Notes: generated by a model not told the origin, from the letters alone. Numbered from the stretch's first letter, positions 27,976-40,955 are shown. The stretch: DNA of 46,578 bases from Candidatus Velthaea sp. (GCA_050012475.1 JBEKHC010000034.1:1-46578); one strand, 5' to 3'. A program made the numbers and translations.

Positions 27976-28468
27976 GGAGAACCGGGCGCCGCGGCTTCCG
28001 CCCACAAAGGGTTATCGTGCAGGCTCGCCAGCGCGAGGCTCACCTTAACCGCACGGCACGTGACGATTCACGTGTAGGCAAATGCCGAGACAACGTGTCG
28101 CGATCCGTTTCTCCCCCGAAGCGGCAACTGCGTCTGCTCGCAGGTGCCACAGGTTCGGTATCTCAACGAAGAACCGTGGGGCGACCCATGCTTCGTCGGA
28201 ACGTAGTCACGGATGAACGGCCCCGTTAAGCCCGAGACCGACCCCGTGTTTGTCCTCCAGATCGGTAGTACGTCGCGGGGCGTTTCGAAGATGAGTCCTT
28301 CGTCCCAAAAAATTTAAAAACATTTACTTTGGGCTACCCGTCTCTTGCGGCAAGCCGGCGCCCGGCTTAACGTTGAATCGATCCTTCCGTTGGCTGTCAG
28401 CGCGCCCTAAAAAGTGCGCCGATGTTCGTTTTCGCGGTTGACGGCGCGGCCGGCCGCTCGAAACGAAA

Positions 28469-28490
28469 GCGGTAGGGTTTTCCCTACTGC
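28469..28490. promoter_or_regulatory. Palindrome GTAGGG-TTTT-CCCTAC, candidate activator site
   Basis: Just upstream of TACGAT -10 candidate (28511) ahead of the Pro/Thr lipoprotein gene. Confidence 0.4.
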
Positions 28491-28681
28491 TCAGCCGTCC
28501 GTCCCATCGCTACGATGATTGAAGCACCTGCGACCAGACTGTCTTTTTGGGCGCCGAGACAGCACTGGCCGCGTTCTCGACGTGAAAATAAGACGAAGCC
28601 GCCGCCCTTCTTGGTCGAGCTTCGACGCTATTTGCAGGCACTCGCGCCCGGCCTTTCGACTTTTAAAGGAAGTTGGGACCT

Positions 28682-29791
28682 TTGATACGTGTACGTCTAC
28701 TGGCAGTAGCGGTATTTGCTGCCAGTCTTGTTGCTTGCGGCGGCGGGGGAAGTAGCGTCAGCACGCTGCCGTCGACCTCGAATACTTCAACATCACCGCA
28801 GAGTGCGGTGACGAGTACGAGCGCCAGCGTTGCGACAACCTTGGATTCGCAGCGCAAGCCCAAACCCACGCCGACGCCTTGCATAGGCTATTGGAAGTGG
28901 GATACTTGGCATTGGTCGTGGTGTGGGTGCCCGTCGCCGGCACCCGCCCCGAGCCCGACGGTCAAACCGACCGTCGCGCCGACGCCGACGCCAAAACCAA
29001 CGGTTGCGCCGACCGCTACGCCCGCTCCGACTCCAAGCCCGACTTCAACTGCTTGTGAAGTAGAAGAAGAGTCGGTCAAACGTCAGGGTCATGGTGGTTG
29101 GAACAATCCTACTCCGGTTCCATGTCCGACAACAACGGCCAAACCGACGAGTGCGCCGACAACTGCGCCAACGGCTACTCCGACGACCGCGCCGACGGTA
29201 GCGCCGACCACGAAACCGACCACTGCGCCCACGGTAGCGCCGACCGTCACGCCGACGACTGCTCCCACGGTAGCGCCGACTGTTGCGCCAACGGTCAAGC
29301 CGACCGTCGCACCCACGGTTGCGCCGACCGTCGCGCCGACCGCTCCGCCGCCGCCGGTGTTTACGTGTCCTTCAGGTTCGGGTGGTACGTATAGTACATA
29401 CACCTTTAACCCATCTGGTGGAACGCTTCCCTTCTCGAGTGGCGGCATTTCGGCAACGTTTCATTATCCAGCCAACACGGCGTCCGGTGGCCAACCGTAT
29501 GTCGCTTGTGTGAATGCAACCGCGTTCTCTGGTACCTTGTTCGTTACGGTGGAACCAGCGGAAGAGGAAACTCAAAATCTTACGTTCGCTGCGGGTTCGG
29601 AATCAACCACGGCTACCAGCAGCACGTATGCTGTTGGCAATGTCATCGAAGAAACGGACACCGCTCAATCCCAGAACGTCACCGTGACAACTGCTGGTAC
29701 GGTAACATTCACGACGAAGGTGTTCGCTGGTCTGACATTAACACCGATCGGCGAAGTCCAGATTACCATAGAGCCGGTGACGCCTACATAA
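28682..29791 (+). CDS. Pro/Thr-rich repeat lipoprotein
   Basis: LVA-C lipobox; many APTV/APTT/KPTV tetrapeptide repeats; beta-rich C-domain. Confidence 0.8.
   Translation: MIRVRLLAVAVFAASLVACGGGGSSVSTLPSTSNTSTSPQSAVTSTSASVATTLDSQRKPKPTPTPCIGYWKWDTWHWSWCGCPSPAPAPSPTVKPTVAPTPTPKPTVAPTATPAPTPSPTSTACEVEEESVKRQGHGGWNNPTPVPCPTTTAKPTSAPTTAPTATPTTAPTVAPTTKPTTAPTVAPTVTPTTAPTVAPTVAPTVKPTVAPTVAPTVAPTAPPPPVFTCPSGSGGTYSTYTFNPSGGTLPFSSGGISATFHYPANTASGGQPYVACVNATAFSGTLFVTVEPAEEETQNLTFAAGSESTTATSSTYAVGNVIEETDTAQSQNVTVTTAGTVTFTTKVFAGLTLTPIGEVQITIEPVTPT
29140..29345 (+). repeat. Degenerate 12-bp coding tandem repeat (xPTx)
   Basis: Repeated GCGCCGACGGTA-like units. Confidence 0.8.
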
Positions 29792-29805
29792 CGGAGTAAA
29801 ATAAA

Positions 29806-29835
29806 GTCACCCCCTCCTTCAGCGGAGGGGGTGAC
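29806..29835. terminator. Strong hairpin terminator (T-tract on minus strand)
   Basis: GTCACCCCCTCC-TTCAGC-GGAGGGGGTGAC preceded by AAAATAAA. Confidence 0.75.
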
Positions 29836-29837
29836 AA

Positions 29838-29975
29838 TCAACAGTATCGCCACTCAAACCAAAAATACGTCAATGGGATCACGTGGCCCAACCACTGCAT
29901 CAGCGGCGGCGTGACCGGCCGTTCGATAAAGAAACCGGAGAGCGGAATCGGCGGCAGCGTCAGCGCGAAGACCCC
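29838..29975 (-). pseudogene. Remnant of ABC-2 type permease C-terminus
   Basis: LPPIPLSGFFIERPVTPPLMQWLGHVIPLTYF resembles the ABC-2 permease end; no upstream body. Confidence 0.55.
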
Positions 29976-30174
29976 CGAGCAGCATCGCTGGTACCCCCCT
30001 GCCGCATCCTCCAGTCCTGCCGTGCGCACGCAGGGCGCGGAACTCGTCGAAGGCGCGCCGGATCTGTCGCGGCAGTGCGTCGTGAGCCTCGTGCTTCTCC
30101 CGCGCGCTCTATCGATACTCGCTCGCACCGGGGCGCGAGCGCTATTCGACGGCACGCTCGCTCGGCACGGAATA

Positions 30175-30208
30175 AGCGAAAGGCCCCGCGCGAGCAGGGC
30201 CTTTCGCT
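30175..30208 (-). terminator. Hairpin downstream of fasciclin gene
   Basis: AGCGAAAGGCCC/GGGCCTTTCGCT 12-bp stem. Confidence 0.6.
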
Positions 30209-30228
30209 CGGGGAGCGCGGTCCGCAGG

Positions 30229-30813
30229 CTAGGGCATCAGCACCGTGTCGACGACGTGGATGACGCCGTTGGACTGATACACGTCGCCGATGGTCACGCG
30301 CGATTGATCGCCTTTGGCGTCGGCGAGAACGAGCGTTTTGCCGTCCATCGTCGCGGTCAGATCTTCCCCTTGCACCGTTTTCAGCATCGCCTTGCCGCCG
30401 CCGGCTGCGATCTGTGCGGCGAGTGCTTTTGAATCGAGGCGGCCCGCCACGACGTGATAGGTGAGAATTTTCGTTAACGTCGCTTTGTTTTCGGGTTTCA
30501 CGAGCGTATCGACCGTGCCGGCGGGAAGTTTGCCGAAAGCTTCGTTCGTCGGTGCGAATACGGTGAATGGCCCCGGTCCGTTGAGCGTATCGACGAGTCC
30601 GGCGGCTTTGACGGCGGCGACGAGTGTCGTGTGGTCGTCGGAGTTGAGTGCATTGGCGACGATCGTTTTATTCGCATACATCGCGTGGCCGCCGACCATC
30701 GGATCCTGCATACCGCTCATCGCATCGCCCATTTTCTCGGTTGCGAATGCCGGTGCGATGGACAACGTAAGGGCGCACAACGCGGCTGCAACCACGTGTT
30801 TGGTTCTGTTCAT
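30229..30813 (-). CDS. Secreted fasciclin (FAS1, MPB70-like) protein
   Basis: Signal AFA; GPFTVFAPTNEAF, ILTYHVV, SNGVIHVVDTVLMP; GGGAGA RBS before ATG 30813. Confidence 0.95.
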   Translation of the reverse strand: MNRTKHVVAAALCALTLSIAPAFATEKMGDAMSGMQDPMVGGHAMYANKTIVANALNSDDHTTLVAAVKAAGLVDTLNGPGPFTVFAPTNEAFGKLPAGTVDTLVKPENKATLTKILTYHVVAGRLDSKALAAQIAAGGGKAMLKTVQGEDLTATMDGKTLVLADAKGDQSRVTIGDVYQSNGVIHVVDTVLMP

Positions 30814-30871
30814 TTGGTTCTCCCGTGATAAAAAGTTGTAGGCGGGGACTGCAGCGCGCTTCGATAACCAC

Positions 30872-30897
30872 AACGCAGCTCACGGCGCCATGGATGT
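30872..30897 (-). promoter_or_regulatory. Putative ECF-sigma promoter (ACATCC-N16-CGTT)
   Basis: Matches motif and spacing at 22794-22819. Confidence 0.55.
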
Positions 30898-30933
30898 ATT
30901 CCGAACGCCATAGATTGGGCAAGCCGAATCCGG

Positions 30934-32958
30934 TCAGGCGATGTCGGTGACCGTATCGTCGTCGCGCGCCAGGCGCGAGATCGTTCGGTCGATCCGCTCG
31001 AGGAGCCGGGCGGCTGCGAGGAGTGACGGTTCGAATTGATCGGCGTCGTGCGCTGCGTTGCGCAACGCTTGGAGGAGCGGCAGCGTGTTGATCGCGACCG
31101 CGTCGTGCCGCCCTTCGACGCGTTCGCCGGCGGCAGCGATGTTGATGGCGATGGCTTCATCGAGTTTGGTCAGTTGCGCGGCGATCGCGGGTTGAGCGGG
31201 AAGCATGGCGCGGTCGGCCGCGCGGGCAAGAAGTCGAGCGTAATAACTGCAGGCGTTGAGCGAGACCGTCCAGCGCCGCAGTTCGTGGCCGCGGCCGATC
31301 AGCGTCGGAACGGCGATCGCGGGCTTGGTGCGCGCGGTGAATTGCTGCACCCGCTCTTCAAGAACGCGTGAAGCGTCGAGCGGCTCGTCTTGCGCGCCGT
31401 TGTCGAGCAAACGTGTAATGCTTGCGTGGACCACGGACGCCACGGCAGCGAGTGCCGCGTGAGCGCTCGCGCGCACGACGTCGCGGGTCCGGGTCGGCAA
31501 GATCACGGTGGCGGCGATCCCGCCGCAAATTGCGCCGATGGCGGTTTCGAGCAGACGGATTCCGAGCAAGCCGTCGCTGAAACGACCGAGCACCGTGTAG
31601 AGCAGCGCTAAAAGCGCGGTGATGAAAAAGATCATCATCATCAATGAAATGCGCAGCAGATAAACGCCGGCGAACAAACAAGCAAAGATCGCGAGCAGAT
31701 CGAGCCATGGATGACCTGCCGCGAGATGGCCGACGATGATTCCGGCACCGACGCCCAGCGCCGTACCGGCGATGCGCGACCAGCCTTTGGCGAAGGTTTC
31801 ACCCGCTGACGCGGCGCCGATGAACGAGAAGTAGGTCGCGAGCACCGCCCAATACCAGCGCGAGGGGGAGAGCGCTTCGCCGACGGCGATGGCAATGGCG
31901 GAGGCCGCGGTCACTTGAATCGCCTGTCGCAGGACCGGTGCCTGCGGGCCGGCGCCGCCGCCCCAGGGTTTGTCGGTGAGCGCCAGGGTCGGGGTCGCCG
32001 TTTTCACCCGCACGATCGTTCCGCACAAGTCGACGATTGCGGCGGCAAGCGTCCGCGTTGCGGCGTGAACGCGTTCGCCGGCGTGCGCGGTGACCTGGGC
32101 GACTCGAGCCGCGCGTTCGGGGCGGCCCAGCGCCAGTGCGACGAGCGCAACGCGTACCGCCCGCGGAACGTCGGCCGCGGCGTCGCGCACGGCATGCGCC
32201 GCCGTCGCGAGCTCCTCGGCGGCAAGTTGCGCGTCGAAGATGATGCGCAGTTCGGCCGGTGCATCTCCGCCGAGCCGGCTTTCGATGGAGATTGCGGTTT
32301 CGTTGAGGCGCGCAACCGCCGAGCGCAGCCGCCGGCGCCCGGCACCGGCATCGCGCGTTTCGAGCAACTCCACGGCGGCGAGCGCTACCACGCGGATGCG
32401 GGCCTCGAACGACTCAATGGTTCGCTTCGCGATCCATGCCGGCCGGTCGGGCAGCAAGACGAAACGGACGGCGAAGGTCACGGCGACGCCGGTAAAAACC
32501 GCAGCAAGCAAGACGGGGAGCTGCTGGACCGTTGCGCCCAGGAAGAGGGCAAAGAAGTACGTCATCATCGCGATCGTGCCGAAGGCCGTCCAACGCGGCC
32601 CGCGCGCGCGCACCGCGACCGCCGCGAAGAGGACGCCGAGGAAAACGAGATCTGCGACGATGCCGCGCGAAGCGAAAATCGCTCCCAAGACGATGCCCAC
32701 CGCACCCGGCAGCGGTGCGAGCAGCGTGGTAGTGCGAGCGTCGTCGTCGTTGATCGCGAGCGATGCTTGCATGGCGACGATCGCGCCGAGGATCGCCACC
32801 GTCGTGGGAATATCGAGGACTGCCGCGCCGATCGAGAGCGCGATGACGGTGAGAGCGACGGACAGCGTCACGCGCGCGGCAAGTGTCAGCCGCGTAAACC
32901 CGGGGTCAGAAGCAAGGAGTCGGTCGCCGAACGTCGCGAGGGCCCGCAGCGGCATCAC
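30934..32958 (-). CDS. FUSC/aromatic acid exporter family membrane protein
   Basis: ASDPG, two TM blocks, RWYWAVLA, RIAGTALG, RLLETAIG. Confidence 0.85.
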   Translation of the reverse strand: MMPLRALATFGDRLLASDPGFTRLTLAARVTLSVALTVIALSIGAAVLDIPTTVAILGAIVAMQASLAINDDDARTTTLLAPLPGAVGIVLGAIFASRGIVADLVFLGVLFAAVAVRARGPRWTAFGTIAMMTYFFALFLGATVQQLPVLLAAVFTGVAVTFAVRFVLLPDRPAWIAKRTIESFEARIRVVALAAVELLETRDAGAGRRRLRSAVARLNETAISIESRLGGDAPAELRIIFDAQLAAEELATAAHAVRDAAADVPRAVRVALVALALGRPERAARVAQVTAHAGERVHAATRTLAAAIVDLCGTIVRVKTATPTLALTDKPWGGGAGPQAPVLRQAIQVTAASAIAIAVGEALSPSRWYWAVLATYFSFIGAASAGETFAKGWSRIAGTALGVGAGIIVGHLAAGHPWLDLLAIFACLFAGVYLLRISLMMMIFFITALLALLYTVLGRFSDGLLGIRLLETAIGAICGGIAATVILPTRTRDVVRASAHAALAAVASVVHASITRLLDNGAQDEPLDASRVLEERVQQFTARTKPAIAVPTLIGRGHELRRWTVSLNACSYYARLLARAADRAMLPAQPAIAAQLTKLDEAIAINIAAAGERVEGRHDAVAINTLPLLQALRNAAHDADQFEPSLLAAARLLERIDRTISRLARDDDTVTDIA

Positions 32959-33028
32959 CGTGGCTGTTCCCGGTTCCCTGGGGGCGCAGACGGCCGTTTT
33001 GCGGCGACGAGCCTGCTGAGGCGTCTGC

Positions 33029-33057
33029 TTGACGGGACTTGACCGTAGTGGTAGGAT
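33029..33057 (+). promoter_or_regulatory. Sigma70 promoter of rpoB
   Basis: TTGACG-17 nt-TAGGAT with extended -10 TG. Confidence 0.75.
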
Positions 33058-33096
33058 AGTCGCCTATGCCCCTGGCTGGATAAAAGATTGTAGTGA

Positions 33097-33137
33097 GCGA
33101 GGTGACCTCTCTCCCCTGGGAGGACCTTGCCTTTTTT
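33097..33137 (+). terminator. Attenuator-like hairpin plus T-tract in rpoB leader
   Basis: GCGAGGT..CCTC/GAGGACCTTGC followed by CTTTTTT. Confidence 0.55.
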
Positions 33138-33195
33138 CATTTCACCGCGCATAGACCGGCACCAACGCTTCGCGAGAGTAGTTATAACAGAACTG

Positions 33196-37110
<3,915 letters not shown>

Positions 37111-37111
37111 G

Positions 37112-37449
37112 GAAGGAGACTCTGGTTTCCGCCGGCTCTTCGTTGCGTGCGGGTTCATTTGCTGAAGCAAACTTCACCCACCCGCGCCTCGATCCGGCGA
37201 AAACCAGAGCCTCCTTCGCTACGCACCTGGGACTCGCGCTGGCGCTCGAGTCTTTTTCTTTCTTTGGGACTGCGTCTGCGGTCTGAGGGGCTGAGACGTA
37301 CCGGAAGAGCTCGCAGACTCTTCGTTGCGTCCGAGTTCATTTGCCAGGAGCAAACTTCACCGCTAGCGCCTCGATCCGACGAAACCAAGGCCTCCTTCGC
37401 GAGTCGTGTGGGACTCGAGATACTGCTCGAGTCTCTTTCTTTGTTTGGG
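37112..37449. repeat. Two diverged ~133-bp direct repeats (37136-37268, 37318-37449); the first overlaps a 24-bp inverted repeat
   Basis: Shared CTCTTCGTTGCGT...GTTCATTTGC..AGCAAACTTCACC...GCGCCTCGATCCG...CCTCCTTCGC...GGGACTCG...CTCGAGTC. Confidence 0.85.
37229..37265 (+). terminator. rpoB intrinsic terminator (second copy at 37410-37446)
   Basis: GACTCG...CGAGTC stem followed by TTTTTCTTTCTTT. Confidence 0.7.
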
Positions 37450-37486
37450 GTTTCGAGCGGCGTCTAAAGGACAGGAGGGCCGAGAC

Positions 37487-37937
37487 GTGATCGTTCCGGT
37501 GGTTGTGACGTTGCTGGCGACGGCAGTGAATCCGTGCGTGCTGCTCGAGGCGCGGGATATTGCGCGCGTTCTGGGTTGGAGCGTCGCGGCCGGCACGGTG
37601 CGCGCCTATCGGCTGCCCGGCGGCGCTGGCAAGATGTGCACGTTTGAGGGACGCGACGGGACGGTGCTCGTGACGGTCCCTTCGAATGGGGACCGGGCTG
37701 CCGGTGAACGATCTCACCAGCGATCTCGGTGCCGCGCGCACGCCGCTCCACGATGCCTACGGTCTGGGTGTGCCGGCGGAACTCGGGCGCGATTCGGCGA
37801 TCGTCCACGAGCGCGGGCGCGACTATGGCATCAGCGTGCAGCCCATCGATGCGCAATTCGCCGATGAGATGCAAATGCGTACCGATAAAGACGGCCTCTT
37901 GCATCGCTGCACGAGGCCGTCGCGCCCACACCCGTAA
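37487..37937 (+). pseudogene. Frameshifted exported hypothetical protein (or sequencing error)
   Basis: GGAGG RBS and GTG start; signal-like N-terminus; reading continues in another frame across GGGG at 37688-37691. Confidence 0.5.
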
Positions 37938-38422
37938 TGGACAGCGCGCAGAAAGTTTTCTTGTCCGCGCAAATCACCTGCAAATCCAGCATTCTTCGTC
38001 CGTCCGGCCAGCGCCGGCGGGCGTTTGCGCGCAGGGAACCGTCGTTCGCGCGCCGATCACCTCAGGCGGTGCACACTTGGCGATGGGTTGCGTTTGCGGC
38101 GATCATGATGGCGTTCTTCCTGATCGCGCTCAACGGCGACATCTACAACCTGACATCGCCGCCGCAATTGAGTTTTCATGTCTTGCTGCGCAAGTCATAC
38201 AGCATCGTCGCCTTCGCCGTGATCGGCGCAGCATTCGTTTGGGCGTCAGGCAAATCGGTGCTCTACAGTGCGATCGTGGTCGCGCTCTATAGCGCCGCGA
38301 TCGAGATCGGACAGCACTTCACCTACGGGCGCGAACCATTCGCGTGGAATGTCATCGATGTCGCGTGCGGCGCGATCGGTGGGGCGCTCGGAGCGCTTAT
38401 CCCCGGGGTTCGCGCGCGATGA
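37937..38422 (+). CDS. VanZ-like membrane protein (start uncertain)
   Basis: LLRK...EIGQHFTYGR...DVACG pattern with TM helices. Confidence 0.65.
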   Translation: MDSAQKVFLSAQITCKSSILRPSGQRRRAFARREPSFARRSPQAVHTWRWVAFAAIMMAFFLIALNGDIYNLTSPPQLSFHVLLRKSYSIVAFAVIGAAFVWASGKSVLYSAIVVALYSAAIEIGQHFTYGREPFAWNVIDVACGAIGGALGALIPGVRAR

Positions 38423-39017
38423 GCCGGAGATATTTGCGCGGCGCGAAGCTTACATCGGCTTCGACGCGTTTGAATGCTTCCTCGCGAATCTGTCCGGCGA
38501 GGGCTTTGCGTTCGCTCAGCGCTCGCCCGAGGTCATGCACGGCACGCTCGAAGTCGTCGCCTTCGAGTTCGCCGATTTCACGTCTGAGCCGTTCGATGTC
38601 CGCGTTGATGCGCAGCTGCAGCGTCGCGCTCACCTCGGCTTCATACGCGTGGATCTGCGCCAGCAGCGCATCGAGTTCTTCGACGGAGGGCAGGCCGAAG
38701 GCCGTTCGCGAGCCCGCCGCTGCGCGGCCGTTGCGCGCAGCTGCATCCTTCCCCGGTGCGTCGAAGTCTGGATACAAGCGGATGATCGACGGAATTTTTT
38801 GCGGCCCTTTGGGCGACTGCAGCCCTTGGGCGATGCCCGAATCAATTAAACGCGTGCGCAGAGACGTATCGCTGATGATCTTCAAGCATTCGGGGTCGAC
38901 GCCGGGCGGCCGCCGGTTGGCGCCGAAGAAATCGGCGTCGCCGGCCGTCGGCAACGCCTGGGCCTTCTCCCACAGACCGGCTCGGGCGTTACGCGTTGCT
39001 GAATTCACAGTAGGCAT
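38397..39017 (-). CDS. Hypothetical protein with coiled-coil C-half
   Basis: 206-aa ORF with host-like codons filling the gap between genes. Confidence 0.6.
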   Translation of the reverse strand: MPTVNSATRNARAGLWEKAQALPTAGDADFFGANRRPPGVDPECLKIISDTSLRTRLIDSGIAQGLQSPKGPQKIPSIIRLYPDFDAPGKDAAARNGRAAAGSRTAFGLPSVEELDALLAQIHAYEAEVSATLQLRINADIERLRREIGELEGDDFERAVHDLGRALSERKALAGQIREEAFKRVEADVSFAPRKYLRLIAREPRG

Positions 39018-39070
39018 GCAGTTACACCGTCCGGCTCACCGGGCCTCGTAGCGCCGGGTTCATCGAAGCT

Positions 39071-40867
39071 ATGGAGTTGCTACGTTTCTCGGATCTGGCT
39101 CGTCACTACGGCGCCAATGACGTTTTCACCGGCCTGTCCGGCGTCGTTCGCGACGGCGACAAGATCGCACTGGTCGGGCCCAATGGAGCGGGCAAATCAT
39201 CGCTGGTGCGGATTCTCGTAGGTCAGGATCAACCCGACGCCGGTTCGCTATCCCGCACCCGCGACTTGCGCTGTGGTTACCTCGCGCAAGATGCGGCCGA
39301 GAGCGGCCCGCAAACCTTGGGGGCGGCGTTCGAGGAAGCGCTCGCCCGAGGCCAGGCCCATGAATGGGAGATGCGGGCGACGCTCAACCGCTTCGGCTTT
39401 ATGGAAACCGACTTGGATCGACCGTTAGCCGAGTTCTCGGGCGGGCAGCGGACCCGGGCACTGCTGGCCCGCACCCTGCTCGAGTCTCCGGATTGGCTCA
39501 TGCTCGACGAGCCGACGAACCATCTGGACCTCGATACCGTTCGCTGGCTGGAGAACTTCGTCGCCGGCGACAGCCGCGCATACCTCATCGTTTCGCACGA
39601 CCGCTATTTCCTCGAAACGGTCGCGACCCAAATCTGGGAGCTGGACCGGGGCGAGCTCACTGTCTACGACGTCAAGCCGGGGCGCGCGTACACCGATTTC
39701 CTCGAGCAGCGCGAGATCCGGCGCGAACAGCAGCGGCGCGACTACGAAGCGGCCCAGAGCGAGCGCAAGCGGCAGCGCGCCGTGATCGAAGAGCTCAAAA
39801 CTCACGGGTCGCACAACTACAGTCACGTGCGCAGTCGCGAAAAGGCGTTCGCTCGGGTCGACGCGGTCGAAGCACCGCGCAGCGAGCGGCGGGCGATCGG
39901 CGTCGCGCTGGCTTCGGCGCGGCGGGCAACCAACGGCATGGCCATCGAAGTGAACGGCTTGAGCAAGGCGTACGACGCGCCGTTGTTCGGCAACGTCAAC
40001 GCATTTTTCGCCCGCGGCGACCGGGTCGCGATCGTGGGCCCCAACGGAGCCGGAAAGACGACGTTTCTGCGCATCATCGGCGGGGAGCTGCCCGCCGATG
40101 CCGGCAGCGTGCGCTACGGTACCGGACTGACCACCGCCGCGTACTCGCAAAGCTCCGTCGACGACCTTCGCGCCGGTGACACCGCGGCCGAGGCAGTGAT
40201 GCGCATGGGGGTCACCGATGAAGAGGCGCGCGGGCTGCTAGGGCGTTTAAACCTGGGCGGCGATTCCGGCGACAAGCCGGTCGAGGCCTTCTCCGGCGGC
40301 GAGCGCCGGCGAATCATGCTCGCCCGGCTCATGGCGCAGCGCGCCGACTGTCTATTCCTCGACGAACCGACGAACGACCTGGATATCCCAAGCCGCGAAG
40401 CTCTCGAGGAGGTTCTCGCGGCGTATGAGGGCGCGCTCTTCGTCGTCTCGCACGACCGGTATCTGCTCAAACGGCTCGCCGAGCGCGTCGTGGCCATCCG
40501 CGACGGTGCTGCGACGGTCGTCGACGGCGACTACGAAACGTACGAGCGGCTCGAACACGCGGCGCGCAAGGCTGCGACGCCGGCGAAAGCTGGTGCGAAG
40601 ACCGAGCCCGCGAAGGTGGGCCGCAAAGCGGCGCACCAAACAAAACTCGACCTCGGACGGCGAAAGCGCGCCGTCGCGGAGGCTGAGCAGCGCGTCACGG
40701 ATCTCGAATCCGAGCGCGCCGATCTCGAACGGCGGTTTGCGGCGCCCGACGTCTACGACGACCCGAACACCGTCGTTGCGCTGCAGCGCGACCTCGACCG
40801 GGTCCGGATCGAGAGTGAGCGTGCCATGGCGCTCTGGGAGCGTGCTGTCCAAGCCCTGGAAGCCTAA
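39071..40867 (+). CDS. ABC-F family ATPase with Uup-like C-terminal coiled coil
   Basis: Two GPNGAGK, two FSGG, two LDEPTN, SHDR; no TM helices. Confidence 0.93.
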   Translation: MELLRFSDLARHYGANDVFTGLSGVVRDGDKIALVGPNGAGKSSLVRILVGQDQPDAGSLSRTRDLRCGYLAQDAAESGPQTLGAAFEEALARGQAHEWEMRATLNRFGFMETDLDRPLAEFSGGQRTRALLARTLLESPDWLMLDEPTNHLDLDTVRWLENFVAGDSRAYLIVSHDRYFLETVATQIWELDRGELTVYDVKPGRAYTDFLEQREIRREQQRRDYEAAQSERKRQRAVIEELKTHGSHNYSHVRSREKAFARVDAVEAPRSERRAIGVALASARRATNGMAIEVNGLSKAYDAPLFGNVNAFFARGDRVAIVGPNGAGKTTFLRIIGGELPADAGSVRYGTGLTTAAYSQSSVDDLRAGDTAAEAVMRMGVTDEEARGLLGRLNLGGDSGDKPVEAFSGGERRRIMLARLMAQRADCLFLDEPTNDLDIPSREALEEVLAAYEGALFVVSHDRYLLKRLAERVVAIRDGAATVVDGDYETYERLEHAARKAATPAKAGAKTEPAKVGRKAAHQTKLDLGRRKRAVAEAEQRVTDLESERADLERRFAAPDVYDDPNTVVALQRDLDRVRIESERAMALWERAVQALEA

Positions 40868-40955
40868 CGCTCGAACGTTGCGAGCGGTGTCGACGGGTTC
40901 ATGCTTGGAAATATACCCAGGAATCGCTGCCTCGCTTTCGGGTTTCGTTGGGTCC

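Noticed and set aside
28050..28130. c-di-GMP-I riboswitch at GGCAAA
   Set aside because: No GNRA-capped stem or following GCAAAG segment
27982..28366. MITE bounded by CCGGGCGCC(GC)GGCTT inverted repeats
   Set aside because: Short GC-rich match with an indel and no target-site duplication; likely chance
33127..33195. TTG start of rpoB given by the ORF track
   Set aside because: It lies inside the leader hairpin/T-tract; ATG 33196 is more plausible
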